A DNA stretch of 38,200 nt. Origin: Escherichia phage sortregn. The translations under genes and the position numbers were made by a program. Positions within the stretch are counted from its first letter, which is position 1; each line of letters opens with the position of its first letter. Positions 16,259-25,070 of the stretch are shown here, one piece after another. The notes under the pieces were generated by a model. That model did no database searches. It saw nothing but the letters and a program-made list of their open reading frames with translations, and was not told the DNA's origin. Location of the stretch: the sequence record MN850588.1, one strand, 5' to 3'.

Positions 16259-16554
16259 TGGCGATGGACAAGGACCGCAGGGTGGGCCGCACGAAGGCGG
16301 AAGCGCAACTCCTGAAACTCAAGCTGTACAAGGGGCCGGAGTGCAAGGTCCACGGCGGGAACTTCACCCGGTACACGTCAAACGGCGCTTGTGTGCTGTG
16401 CCGTAAGCTGGAGGCCGACACGACGAAGGGCAAGAGCCGGGGCTATATCGCCAAGAAGCGCGACACGCTGGCGTTTAATCACCCGGTTTCACCCTGGCCC
16501 ATAACCGCCGAGAATATGCACCTGTGCCCGGATCTCTCGTTCAAGCGAACTTGA
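16258..16554 (+). CDS. zinc-ribbon protein
   Basis: 98 aa; CKVHGG...CVLCRK four-cysteine motif; ATG overlaps previous stop. Confidence 0.5.
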   Translation: MAMDKDRRVGRTKAEAQLLKLKLYKGPECKVHGGNFTRYTSNGACVLCRKLEADTTKGKSRGYIAKKRDTLAFNHPVSPWPITAENMHLCPDLSFKRT

Positions 16555-16630
16555 TCACGCTTCCGTAACCGCCGATAATCCTCCGCGTAACCCTGTGACA
16601 CTCAGGCGATAAACGGAGGATTTTTTCATC
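16501..16630 (+). promoter_or_regulatory. candidate late-operon control region upstream of terS
   Basis: Direct repeat ATAACCGCCGAGAAT (16501) / GTAACCGCCGATAAT (16565), third CGTAACCC at 16586, GATAAT hexamer 16574-79. Confidence 0.35.
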
Positions 16631-17185
16631 ATGGCAAACGAACAGAACCTTAAGAAGGGGAACCGCTTCTCCAAAGAGAACCAGCCGGAGCGACGCGGCA
16701 GGGCGAAGCAGAACCGGACGTTACTCCTCGAAGCACTCCGCAAGGTTCGGATCAAGGAGGCCACCGGGCGCAAGGTCGAGGACATCGATCCAAACACTGG
16801 CGAGGTGAAGGTGAACAGCGAAACGGGCGAGCCGATCATGGTGGACGAGTTCGTGGAGGTCCCGCTCACGGAGGACATGTTCATCCAGCGAGCGATCCAG
16901 ATGGCCCTCGTAGACGGTTCCATGATGCGCGACATCATGAGCCGATTAATCCCCTACACCAAGCCGACCAGCCCGACCTATTGCTTTGAACTGACCGGAT
17001 CCACCCCGTCCGAGCGTATCACCGAGATCGAGGACCTGGTGGCAGCGGGAGAGCTTCCGTTCGACGCGGCGGAGTCTATGGTGAAGATGATCCGCCACGG
17101 CGCGGAAGTGTTCGAAATGTCCGAAATGGTCAAACGACTGGACGCACTGGAGGCCCGACTGAATGGCGAAGCCAAAGACGAATAA
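16631..17185 (+). CDS. terminase small subunit (P22 gp3-like)
   Basis: N-terminal KKGNRF motif as in P22 gp3; GGAGGA SD; upstream of TerL. Confidence 0.55.
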   Translation: MANEQNLKKGNRFSKENQPERRGRAKQNRTLLLEALRKVRIKEATGRKVEDIDPNTGEVKVNSETGEPIMVDEFVEVPLTEDMFIQRAIQMALVDGSMMRDIMSRLIPYTKPTSPTYCFELTGSTPSERITEIEDLVAAGELPFDAAESMVKMIRHGAEVFEMSEMVKRLDALEARLNGEAKDE

Positions 17186-17597
17186 ACTCCCGCCGGACAC
17201 TTACGGCAGACTGGAGGCGCTGGGCCTGAAATGGTTCACCGCCTCCCCTTACCCTTATTTCATCGTGTGCTTTGACCCGCAGGACGAGGAGATGGTGGCG
17301 AAGCTGGGCGAATGCTTCCCGGACTGGAACCGCGAGAAGCCGATCCAGCAAGGCGTCGCCATTGAGTACCACGCCGCCGACGTTAAGCTGGTGTTCGTAG
17401 GCGTCCGCCGGGGCCAATACTGGCGGACGACCATCGTCCACGAGATCGTCCACGTTAAGAACTACATCGGCGACACGCTGGGGATCGAGTGGGACGTGAA
17501 CAACGACGAGCCGGAGGCTTACTTCGTGGGCTGGCTGTTTAACATGATGGAGCAAACCTTCCAGGATCTGGGCTATGGCAAAAAATCGAAAGGATAA
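17163..17597 (+). CDS. hypothetical protein with HExxH motif (possible zincin-like)
   Basis: 144 aa ORF between TerS and TerL; HEIVH followed by acidic EPEAYF. Confidence 0.45.
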   Translation: MAKPKTNKLPPDTYGRLEALGLKWFTASPYPYFIVCFDPQDEEMVAKLGECFPDWNREKPIQQGVAIEYHAADVKLVFVGVRRGQYWRTTIVHEIVHVKNYIGDTLGIEWDVNNDEPEAYFVGWLFNMMEQTFQDLGYGKKSKG

Positions 17598-19197
17598 CCT
17601 CGCACGACTGGCCCGACTGGAGGGCCGGGCGTCTTACGTGGCCCGCGATGGTGGCCTGGTGTATGGCGTTTATGAGCCGGACGGGACCAGCGCCAAGCAC
17701 TGCTACAACATGAAGAAGGTTAACGGCGAATGGGTGTACACCTCCGAGCCGCACGACATCACGATCGCGGAGTGTCTGACCCCGATCCTCCTCCGTCCGA
17801 AGCGCTTTATTATCCTGGTCGGCGGGCGTGGCTCCGGGAAGTCGCTCACCGTCGGCGGGATCATCGACGCAGACGCCCACGACGAGGCGGCGAGCGCGAT
17901 GTGTCTCCGCGAATACCAGGCATCGATCAAGGATTCAGTCCACCCGCTCCTCGTCAACCGGATCGAGGAGTACGGTCTGGACGGCTTCGAGATCCTGGAG
18001 AAGGAGATCCGCCACACCAACGGCGCGATCATCCGTTTTAAGGGGATGGCGAGGGACCCAGCGGGCGTAAAATCCGCGTTCGGCTTCCGTCGCTTCTGGG
18101 GCGAGGAGGCGCAGACCTTTTCCGCCGAGTCTCTCCGCCAGTTAACGCCAACGATGCGCGAAACGGGCGGTATTATGCTGTTCACGGCGAACCCCGGCTC
18201 CAGTGAGGACGCATTCAGTCAGAGATTCCTGATCCCATTCTGGGAGGATCTCCAGCGGGACGGCATCTACGAGGACGATCTCCACCTGATAATCCGCGTC
18301 AACTGGTCGGATAACCCCTGGTTCCCCCCAGAGCTTCGATCGGAGATGGAGTTCGACCGCCAGACGCTTTCAAAGGCGCTATTCGATCACGTATGGGAAG
18401 GCCATTTTAATGACAGTGTGCCGGATGCCATTATCCCGGCGGAATGGTTCGACGCGGCGATCGACGCCCACAAGAAACTCGGATTCAAGCCGACCGGGAT
18501 CAGGATCGGCGCACTCGACCCGGCGGACGTCGGGGCGGATAACAAGGCTTACGGCGAGCGTTACGGCTCCGTGGTCACGCATATGGAGGAATGGTTCGAA
18601 GGTGACGCGAACGACTCCGTAGACAAGGCGATCAACACGGCGAAGGACCACGGGATCGAGGCGTTCGTGTGGGACCGCGCCGGACTGGGCGCTGGCTTGC
18701 GCCGCCAGGTCACGGAGGCTTACGCCGGGACGAAGGTCCTCGTAGACGGTTACAACGCCGGGGACGGCGTGAAGCACCCTGACAACCCTGTGGAGCTTGA
18801 TCACTGGCTGAACAACAAGGCCAGCGGGAACAATATCCAGAAGAACGCCGACGCGTTCGCGAACCGTGGCTCCCAGGACATCTACCTGTTACGGAAGCGC
18901 TTCGAAAGGACTTACGAGGCCGTGGTGAAGGGCGTATATCACAACCCGGACGAACTGATCGCGCTGGACAGCGAGGGGATCGGGGAGCATATGACCAAAC
19001 TCAGGGCGGAAGTGTGCCGTATTCCGCGCATTTACAACACCAACGGGAAATTTGCTAGGATGCCTAAGCCGCAGATGCGGACCAAACTCAAAATGAAGTC
19101 GCCGGGGATGGCTGACGTGCTTTGCATGTTGATGCAGCCGCCGGAGACGGTGAAAGACGAAGATTATTCCGGCTATAATGTGCCGAGCAACCGCTAA
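17575..19197 (+). CDS. terminase large subunit
   Basis: 540 aa; Walker A ILVGGRGSGKS, acidic nuclease-type C-terminal half; precedes portal. Confidence 0.85.
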   Translation: MAKNRKDNLARLARLEGRASYVARDGGLVYGVYEPDGTSAKHCYNMKKVNGEWVYTSEPHDITIAECLTPILLRPKRFIILVGGRGSGKSLTVGGIIDADAHDEAASAMCLREYQASIKDSVHPLLVNRIEEYGLDGFEILEKEIRHTNGAIIRFKGMARDPAGVKSAFGFRRFWGEEAQTFSAESLRQLTPTMRETGGIMLFTANPGSSEDAFSQRFLIPFWEDLQRDGIYEDDLHLIIRVNWSDNPWFPPELRSEMEFDRQTLSKALFDHVWEGHFNDSVPDAIIPAEWFDAAIDAHKKLGFKPTGIRIGALDPADVGADNKAYGERYGSVVTHMEEWFEGDANDSVDKAINTAKDHGIEAFVWDRAGLGAGLRRQVTEAYAGTKVLVDGYNAGDGVKHPDNPVELDHWLNNKASGNNIQKNADAFANRGSQDIYLLRKRFERTYEAVVKGVYHNPDELIALDSEGIGEHMTKLRAEVCRIPRIYNTNGKFARMPKPQMRTKLKMKSPGMADVLCMLMQPPETVKDEDYSGYNVPSNR

Positions 19198-19214
19198 ACC
19201 CCACGGAGAACATC

Positions 19215-21449
19215 ATGGCACGAGTTAAAAAATCGGTGCAGAACTGGCAGGAATGCGCCCGGAAGAAATTAAGCGCCGCGATCGGGGCGGAGGACACCAG
19301 CCGCAAGAAGATGATCGAAACGGCGCGATTTGTCCGCATTCCTGGCGCTCAGTGGGAAGGCTCCACGAACTCCGGCTTTGCGATGGATGATGAACGTTTC
19401 CAGAAATACCCGCGATTTGAGCTAAACAAGGTCGGGCGCGAGGTGGATCGCATCATTTCAGACTACCGCCTGAACCGCGTAAACGTCACGTTCCGCCCGA
19501 AGGACACCCAGGCCTCCGAAGAACTGGCGGACAAGCTGAACGGCAAGTTTCGCGCAGACTTCAACGAGTCGAACGGCTCCGAAGCCGTGGACAACACCTA
19601 CGAGGACGGCGTGACGGGCGGAATGGGCGCTTTCCGCATGGACACCGAACTGGAGGACGAGTTCGACCCGGACAACGAACAGCGTCACATTGTTTTTTAC
19701 CCGATCTATGATCCGGCCTCGTGCCTGTTTATCGATCAGGACTCCAAGATGTACGATCGCAGTGATGCTATGTGGATGGCGGAGCTATTCAGCATGACCC
19801 CGGACAAGTACGAGGAGCGCTATCCCGACGCCCTCGCCCCGGAGGACCTGATGGCGATCGATACCGGGAAACAATTCGACTGGGCCACGAAGGACGCGAT
19901 CTATCTGGCGCGTTACTACGAGGTGAAGATCGAGGACACCACCGTGATCTCCTACAAGAACCCGTTAACCGGGGAGGTGGAGGTCTACGACGAGGACGAG
20001 ATCGAGCAGATCGAGGACGAACTGGAGGCCGGAGGCTGGGAACGCCAGAAGGATCGCAAGGTCAAGCGCCGCAAGGTCTATTGCGGACTTATGACTGGTG
20101 GCGAATGGCTGGAGGAGCCGAAGCTGATCCCGTTCGAGTGGATCCCGATCTTCGTGTTCAACGCCCGCCGCTCGTTCATCGACAACATGGAACGCGTAAG
20201 CGGTCACGCGACCCAGGCCCTCGACGCGCAACGTCTGGAAAACCTGATCGTGTCCATGATGGCGGACCAGGCCGCGCAGTCTGGCGGCGATAACATCCCG
20301 ATCATGGACATTGATATGATTCCCGGAGCGCTGGCTGACGCCTGGGGGGAACGTAACACGAAGCGCCCGGCATACTTGCCCGCTAAATCGCTCCGTAACG
20401 CCGCTGGTGAGGTTGTGCAGCAAGCCGGGCCACTGGGTTACACGCCATCGACGCCGCTCTCTCCGGCGCTGGCAGCGGTCCTACAGTACACCGGGAGCAC
20501 TATCCAGCAGATCGTCGGCTCGTCCCAGGTGGAGGCGTTACCGTCGAACCTGGCGACCGAAACCGTGGAGGCCATTTTCGCCCGTATGGACGGACAGGGC
20601 GCTCTCTACATGGACAACCTGGGGAAAACGCTCCGCCACTGTGGGCGCGTGTACCTCAGCGCGGCCCGCAAGGTCTACGGCTCGGAGAATTACGTCCGCG
20701 TGAAGAACGAGGACGGGACCGACGATCTCGTGTTAATGACCGGGAAAGTGATCGATCGTGACACGGACGAGGCGATCGCGATTAACGACCTCAAGCGCGG
20801 GAAATATGAGGTCGAGGCCGACGTGGGCGAGTCCTCCCAGACGAAGCGCGTCGCAACCGTTCGCAGCCTGACGAATCTCCTCCAGTCCATGCAGCCTGGC
20901 GACCCGAACGCCGCCGTAGTGATGGGCCTGATCATCATGAACATGGACGGCGAAGGCTTGCAGGACTTCAAGGAATACAGCCGCCGCCAGCTTCTCCTGA
21001 ATGGCATCGTGAAGCCGCAGACGGACGAGGAGAAAGCGATGGTAGCCGAGGCCCAGCAAGCCGCCCAGCAGCAGCCGGACGCGCAGATGGTAGCCGCTCA
21101 GGGCGTAGCGCAGCAGGGACAGGCCGCAGTGATGGAGCAGGAGAACAAGCGTTTAGAACTGACGCTCAAGGCGCAGAGCACCGCGTCCGACGGTCAACTG
21201 AAAAACGCGCAGACGGTCAAGACGATGGCAGAGGCGGCGGCAATCCCGCAGGATCAGCTATTGAGCGCGATCGCCGTTCTCCAGAAGTACGTCTCCCAGC
21301 AGAACAGCGACGCCCACAAACAGGCGGATCTGTTCCTCAAGGCTCAGGGACAGGGCCACACCCAGCGCGAGGACCAGATGGCCCGCGAGATGGCAGAGCG
21401 CCAGGCATCGCAGAGCGCCGATCGTCAACTGGGATTAGCTGGCCTGTAA
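19215..21449 (+). CDS. portal protein (P22 gp1-like, Q/A-rich helical C-terminus)
   Basis: 744 aa, follows TerL, GGAGAA SD, intrinsic terminator after stop. Confidence 0.8.
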   Translation: MARVKKSVQNWQECARKKLSAAIGAEDTSRKKMIETARFVRIPGAQWEGSTNSGFAMDDERFQKYPRFELNKVGREVDRIISDYRLNRVNVTFRPKDTQASEELADKLNGKFRADFNESNGSEAVDNTYEDGVTGGMGAFRMDTELEDEFDPDNEQRHIVFYPIYDPASCLFIDQDSKMYDRSDAMWMAELFSMTPDKYEERYPDALAPEDLMAIDTGKQFDWATKDAIYLARYYEVKIEDTTVISYKNPLTGEVEVYDEDEIEQIEDELEAGGWERQKDRKVKRRKVYCGLMTGGEWLEEPKLIPFEWIPIFVFNARRSFIDNMERVSGHATQALDAQRLENLIVSMMADQAAQSGGDNIPIMDIDMIPGALADAWGERNTKRPAYLPAKSLRNAAGEVVQQAGPLGYTPSTPLSPALAAVLQYTGSTIQQIVGSSQVEALPSNLATETVEAIFARMDGQGALYMDNLGKTLRHCGRVYLSAARKVYGSENYVRVKNEDGTDDLVLMTGKVIDRDTDEAIAINDLKRGKYEVEADVGESSQTKRVATVRSLTNLLQSMQPGDPNAAVVMGLIIMNMDGEGLQDFKEYSRRQLLLNGIVKPQTDEEKAMVAEAQQAAQQQPDAQMVAAQGVAQQGQAAVMEQENKRLELTLKAQSTASDGQLKNAQTVKTMAEAAAIPQDQLLSAIAVLQKYVSQQNSDAHKQADLFLKAQGQGHTQREDQMAREMAERQASQSADRQLGLAGL

Positions 21450-21479
21450 CTGGTCGGACCGCACGAAAAGCTAAAGACA

Positions 21480-21505
21480 AGCCCGCTTCGGCGGGCTATT
21501 CTTTG
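21480..21505 (+). terminator. intrinsic terminator after portal gene
   Basis: AGCCCGC-TTCG-GCGGGCT hairpin followed by ATTCTTTG. Confidence 0.6.
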
Positions 21506-21508
21506 CCT

Positions 21509-21519
21509 CGACACATCAC
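21509..21519 (+). repeat. CGACACATCAC element copy 1 (after portal terminator)
   Basis: 11-mer identical to 25041-25051; 25 nt upstream of ATG 21544. Confidence 0.7.
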
Positions 21520-21543
21520 TAAACCATTACAAAGGAGTTTTGA

Positions 21544-21765
21544 ATGGCCCGATCACTGATAGCAGTCAAAGACGCCGCCGGGGAAAAGTACCTCCTCCCG
21601 GTCCGTAACATCGTGAGCGTGACGGAGTTCCCGGACAACGAGCGCCGCGTGGAGGTCAAGGTCCGCGAGCCGATCAATGGCCCAGACGGGCGGATCTGTG
21701 GGTACGAGTTAAACCTGTATTACTCGCCAATGTCGATCGCACAATTCGAAGGGGCTTACGCGTGA
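21544..21765 (+). CDS. hypothetical protein
   Basis: 73 aa ORF, AAGGAG SD, first of four coupled small genes. Confidence 0.45.
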   Translation: MARSLIAVKDAAGEKYLLPVRNIVSVTEFPDNERRVEVKVREPINGPDGRICGYELNLYYSPMSIAQFEGAYA

Positions 21766-21932
21766 AACGCTACAAATGCACCGTAGGCGACAAGCGCGGG
21801 GCGTTCGGCGACTGTATGGAGCAGGACAAGGACGGGGACTGGATGCGCGTCTCCGACCATAATCGACACATTCAGGCACTGGAGCGCCAGATCGCGGCGC
21901 TAAAGGCCAAAACCAGAGAGACGAAACAATGA
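21762..21932 (+). CDS. possible small protein (56 aa, GTG start)
   Basis: Own reading; overlaps both neighbours (GTGA and ATGA); below ORF-track cutoff. Confidence 0.3.
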   Translation: MKRYKCTVGDKRGAFGDCMEQDKDGDWMRVSDHNRHIQALERQIAALKAKTRETKQ

Positions 21933-22297
21933 AAACGACCTACAACCTCGACCAGATGGCCCTCTTTTCTGCGATCGCCGCAGCGGTAGGAAAACAGGCG
22001 CCAGGGCTTCCGGCGGATAACCGCGCTAACGTGGTGATCGAGGCCGCAAACATGATCGTAGCGGCCTATGCGCTGACCGATGCCGAATACATGGCGAAGA
22101 AGGCAGAAGCGCCGATCGCCGTTGACCTCCAGCCGACGGCGGAACAGGTGGAGGCCGGGATCGCCTCGCTGTGGGACACCATCCCCGGCGCGATGGATCA
22201 GCTATGCCAGGACGTGGCAGAGGAGGAGCAGGGCGATCTATTCTCCGACGCTGTTACTTTCGTGTGGCAAGCCATGATCGGGAAGCGTCCACAATGA
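21929..22297 (+). CDS. hypothetical protein
   Basis: 122 aa ORF, ATGA coupling. Confidence 0.45.
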   Translation: MKTTYNLDQMALFSAIAAAVGKQAPGLPADNRANVVIEAANMIVAAYALTDAEYMAKKAEAPIAVDLQPTAEQVEAGIASLWDTIPGAMDQLCQDVAEEEQGDLFSDAVTFVWQAMIGKRPQ

Positions 22298-22563
22298 GCG
22301 TAATCCATCACTACCTCGCCTTTCCGGGCGGGGGAGTGTCCGCCCTCCGCAAGCTGGGCCAGACGCTCGAAGAACGCCACGACCTCGACGGCATACTGGA
22401 GGGGCCGGAGGAGGGGGAGCGCTGGCGCATCGTAGCCAGTGAGATGATCCACGCCGCAGAAGGGCCAGACGTCGCGCTCTACTACGTGATCCCCGCTTCG
22501 GTTCCACCGCACCACGAGGCGCTCTATCTCTCGCAAGCCCTCGTAAAAGCCGCCACGAAATAA
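22294..22563 (+). CDS. hypothetical protein
   Basis: Internal ATG 22294 of ORF 22171..22563 overlapping previous stop; 89 aa. Confidence 0.4.
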   Translation: MSVIHHYLAFPGGGVSALRKLGQTLEERHDLDGILEGPEEGERWRIVASEMIHAAEGPDVALYYVIPASVPPHHEALYLSQALVKAATK

Positions 22564-22572
22564 CCCGCCACC

Positions 22573-22583
22573 CTGGGGGGATC
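22573..22583 (+). repeat. CTGGGGGGATC 11-mer copy (intergenic, part of hairpin)
   Basis: Exact match 10 nt after stop of the 89-aa gene. Confidence 0.8.
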
Positions 22584-22612
22584 GTTAATCGCGATCTCCC
22601 CTATTTGCATTT
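22575..22612 (+). terminator. hairpin with T-rich tail (possible terminator/attenuator)
   Basis: GGGGGGATCG-TTAATCG-CGATCTCCCC 10-bp stem with one G-T pair, followed by TATTTGCATTTT. Confidence 0.4.
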
Positions 22613-22690
22613 TCCCGCCGCCCTCGCTTAAACTTACTCCCGCCACCGATGGGCGAATACATCGCGTATGCAACAAAACGAGGATCTACG

Positions 22691-23689
22691 ATGAAATTCC
22701 GTGAAATGTTTTTGAAATATTATGCACCGTACACCGAGAACGACGGCGGCGCGGCGGCATATGAAGCTATGCAGAACGGCAACTCTCAGGAAGCCACGGA
22801 CGACACCCCGGACACTGACCCGAACGAGCAGGACCACGACAACGACAACGACGTGGACACCGATCTGGACGAGCAGGATCTGGACGAGAACGGCAAGCCG
22901 AAGGCGAAGGAAGGCGGCGAGAACGCGGAAACCGAGGACGAGGAGGAGGAGTTCCTGTTCGACGGTCAACCAGTTACCGCAGCGCCTACGGACGAAGATG
23001 ATCAGGAAGGCGACAGCGACCTGGTGAAACATCTCCGCGCCCAACTCCGCGAGCAGAAAAAACAATTCAAGACCTCCACCCAGGCGGCGCAGGAGCGCAA
23101 AGAGATTCCCGCAGATATGCCCCGCAAGCCAGAGATGGGCGACGAGGGGATCGACTGGGACCCGGAGAAGTACGCCGAAGCGCTGGACAAGTGGACCGAG
23201 GACAAGGCCGCTTATCAGCAGCGCGAGCAGGAGATGGCAGCGAAGCGCGAAGCGTTCGGGAAGAAATTCTCCGAAGGCCAGCAGCGCTACCAGACCGAAC
23301 GCGCTAAGGCGATCAAGAAGTATGCGGGCTTTGAGAAGGCCGAAGCCGCGATCGCAGAACTGCCGGAGCCGTTACAGGCGGGCCTGATGATCAACAGTAA
23401 GAACCCGGCGGCGCTGGTCATGGTACTGGGACGTAACGCTGATTTGCGGAAGCAAGTCGAGGATGCCTATAATAGCGACCATATCGCGCTGGGCTACCTA
23501 ATCCGCGATATTGAGGCCCGCGCAGGTTCCAAGCCGAAGGCGAAACAGAATCTCAATTCTACGCCAGAAGTTAAGGGCCAGAACGGAGTCGCAAACGTCG
23601 GACAACTGGAAGCACTTCGCAAACGAGCGGAAGCGACCGGGGATTATACGGAATACTTCGCAGCCAAGAACAAACGGGCTGAAAAGTAA
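22691..23689 (+). CDS. scaffolding protein (P22 gp8-like)
   Basis: ORF 22649..23689 with start moved to ATG 22691 after ACGAGGA; highly acidic N-terminus, C-terminal helices resemble P22 gp8 coat-binding region; precedes coat gene. Confidence 0.7.
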   Translation: MKFREMFLKYYAPYTENDGGAAAYEAMQNGNSQEATDDTPDTDPNEQDHDNDNDVDTDLDEQDLDENGKPKAKEGGENAETEDEEEEFLFDGQPVTAAPTDEDDQEGDSDLVKHLRAQLREQKKQFKTSTQAAQERKEIPADMPRKPEMGDEGIDWDPEKYAEALDKWTEDKAAYQQREQEMAAKREAFGKKFSEGQQRYQTERAKAIKKYAGFEKAEAAIAELPEPLQAGLMINSKNPAALVMVLGRNADLRKQVEDAYNSDHIALGYLIRDIEARAGSKPKAKQNLNSTPEVKGQNGVANVGQLEALRKRAEATGDYTEYFAAKNKRAEK

Positions 23690-23719
23690 AACTAACACTC
23701 TATCGGTGGAGATGGATAA

Positions 23720-24976
23720 ATGGCTAACCAGTTAGCGAAGGATCTCGAAATTGCATTCGAGAATTATGTGGCAGGCTTTGACGCGTCTTGCGTAGTATCG
23801 CAGAACGCAGCCAAATTCCGCCCGGATGATACCGCGATGCAACGCGCCGGGGACGTGATCTATCGTCCGCAGCACTACCACGCGGATATTTTGGAAGGTC
23901 TGGATCTGACTGGCAAGGCCGGGACCGATATCGTCCAGCGCCTGGTCCCGTCGGCGTTCAAAGAACCTCAGAACGTGCTCTATAAGCTGGACGCTCGCGA
24001 AATGCGCGACCCAGAGCACAAGAAAGAAATGGGCCGAGCAGCGGGCCAACGTATCGCAGCGAAGATCGACTCCGATCTGATCAACGCCGCAGCACGTTAC
24101 GCGACGCACGTCGTCCCGGTAGGCACTAACACGACCGGAACCCTGGGCCGCGACCTGTGGAACGCAGCGGCGGGCGTGGATGCCGAAATGACCGCTATCG
24201 GGATCCCGGTAGGCGTGAACCGTCGTTCCTTCTGGAACCCCTTCTCCTACAAAGACCTTGCGGGCGAACTGGGCGGACGCCAGTACGTCGCGGGCGTGAC
24301 CCTCTCCGCATACGAGAAGGCGCAGATCCCGGATGTGGCGAGCTTCGACTCCTACAAGACGGACATCTCTCCGCGTCTGGGCGCTGGCCCGACTGGAGCG
24401 ATCACCCTGACCGCAGCCCCGGCGCACAAAGTCCAGTCTAAGAACGCGAACGACATCCCGGTGGATAACCGCGAAGGCGTGATCGATGTTTCTGCTGGTC
24501 ACGGTCTGAAGGCTGGCGACGCGTTCACTATCGCGGGCGTTCACTCCGTCCACATGATCAGCAAGGACACGACTGATCAGCTTCAAGTGTTCCGTGTGCT
24601 GGCAGTGTCCGACAACAACGTAACGATCACCCCGCAGATCCTCCCGCCGGATAACGCGGATCTGCCGTCTCGTCCTTACTCCAACGTGGACGCGAACGCA
24701 GCCTCCGGCGCTGAACTGACCGTTATCAACAAGAACGCGGCGAACGCTAACTTGCTGTGGGCGGACGGCTCCGTGGAGCTTATGCTGGGTAATCTGGCGT
24801 TCCCGACTGGTCAAGGCCCGCAGGTTATGCGCGCTACCGCGAAGAACGGCGCGACGCTGATCATGTCCTACAGCTTCGACCACATCGCGGGCGTCACCAC
24901 TTGCCGCTTTACCACGCTTTACGGCGTTTCCGTCCTCGTGCCGGAATATGTCGGCCTGGTACTGCCGAACCAGTAA
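23720..24976 (+). CDS. major capsid (coat) protein, P22 gp5-like
   Basis: 418 aa; several collinear matches to P22 coat protein (MQRAGDVIYRP, LLWADGSVELM, C-terminal YGVSVLVPEYVGLVLP); strong terminator after stop. Confidence 0.85.
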   Translation: MANQLAKDLEIAFENYVAGFDASCVVSQNAAKFRPDDTAMQRAGDVIYRPQHYHADILEGLDLTGKAGTDIVQRLVPSAFKEPQNVLYKLDAREMRDPEHKKEMGRAAGQRIAAKIDSDLINAAARYATHVVPVGTNTTGTLGRDLWNAAAGVDAEMTAIGIPVGVNRRSFWNPFSYKDLAGELGGRQYVAGVTLSAYEKAQIPDVASFDSYKTDISPRLGAGPTGAITLTAAPAHKVQSKNANDIPVDNREGVIDVSAGHGLKAGDAFTIAGVHSVHMISKDTTDQLQVFRVLAVSDNNVTITPQILPPDNADLPSRPYSNVDANAASGAELTVINKNAANANLLWADGSVELMLGNLAFPTGQGPQVMRATAKNGATLIMSYSFDHIAGVTTCRFTTLYGVSVLVPEYVGLVLPNQ

Positions 24977-24996
24977 GACGCGACGCGCAGCACAAA

Positions 24997-25022
24997 GGGG
25001 AGCCATTGGCTCCTCTTTTTTT
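24997..25022 (+). terminator. strong intrinsic terminator after coat gene
   Basis: GGAGCC-ATTG-GCTCC hairpin followed by T-rich run. Confidence 0.75.
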
Positions 25023-25040
25023 ATGGCTTATACTGTTCCC

Positions 25041-25051
25041 CGACACATCAC
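25041..25051 (+). repeat. CGACACATCAC element copy 2 (after coat terminator)
   Basis: 11-mer identical to 21509-21519; 20 nt upstream of ATG 25071. Confidence 0.7.
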
Positions 25052-25070
25052 CCTATCAAGAGGATCTACC

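Noticed and set aside
23732-25006. 424-aa minus-strand ORF
   Set aside because: Antisense to the P22-like coat protein gene
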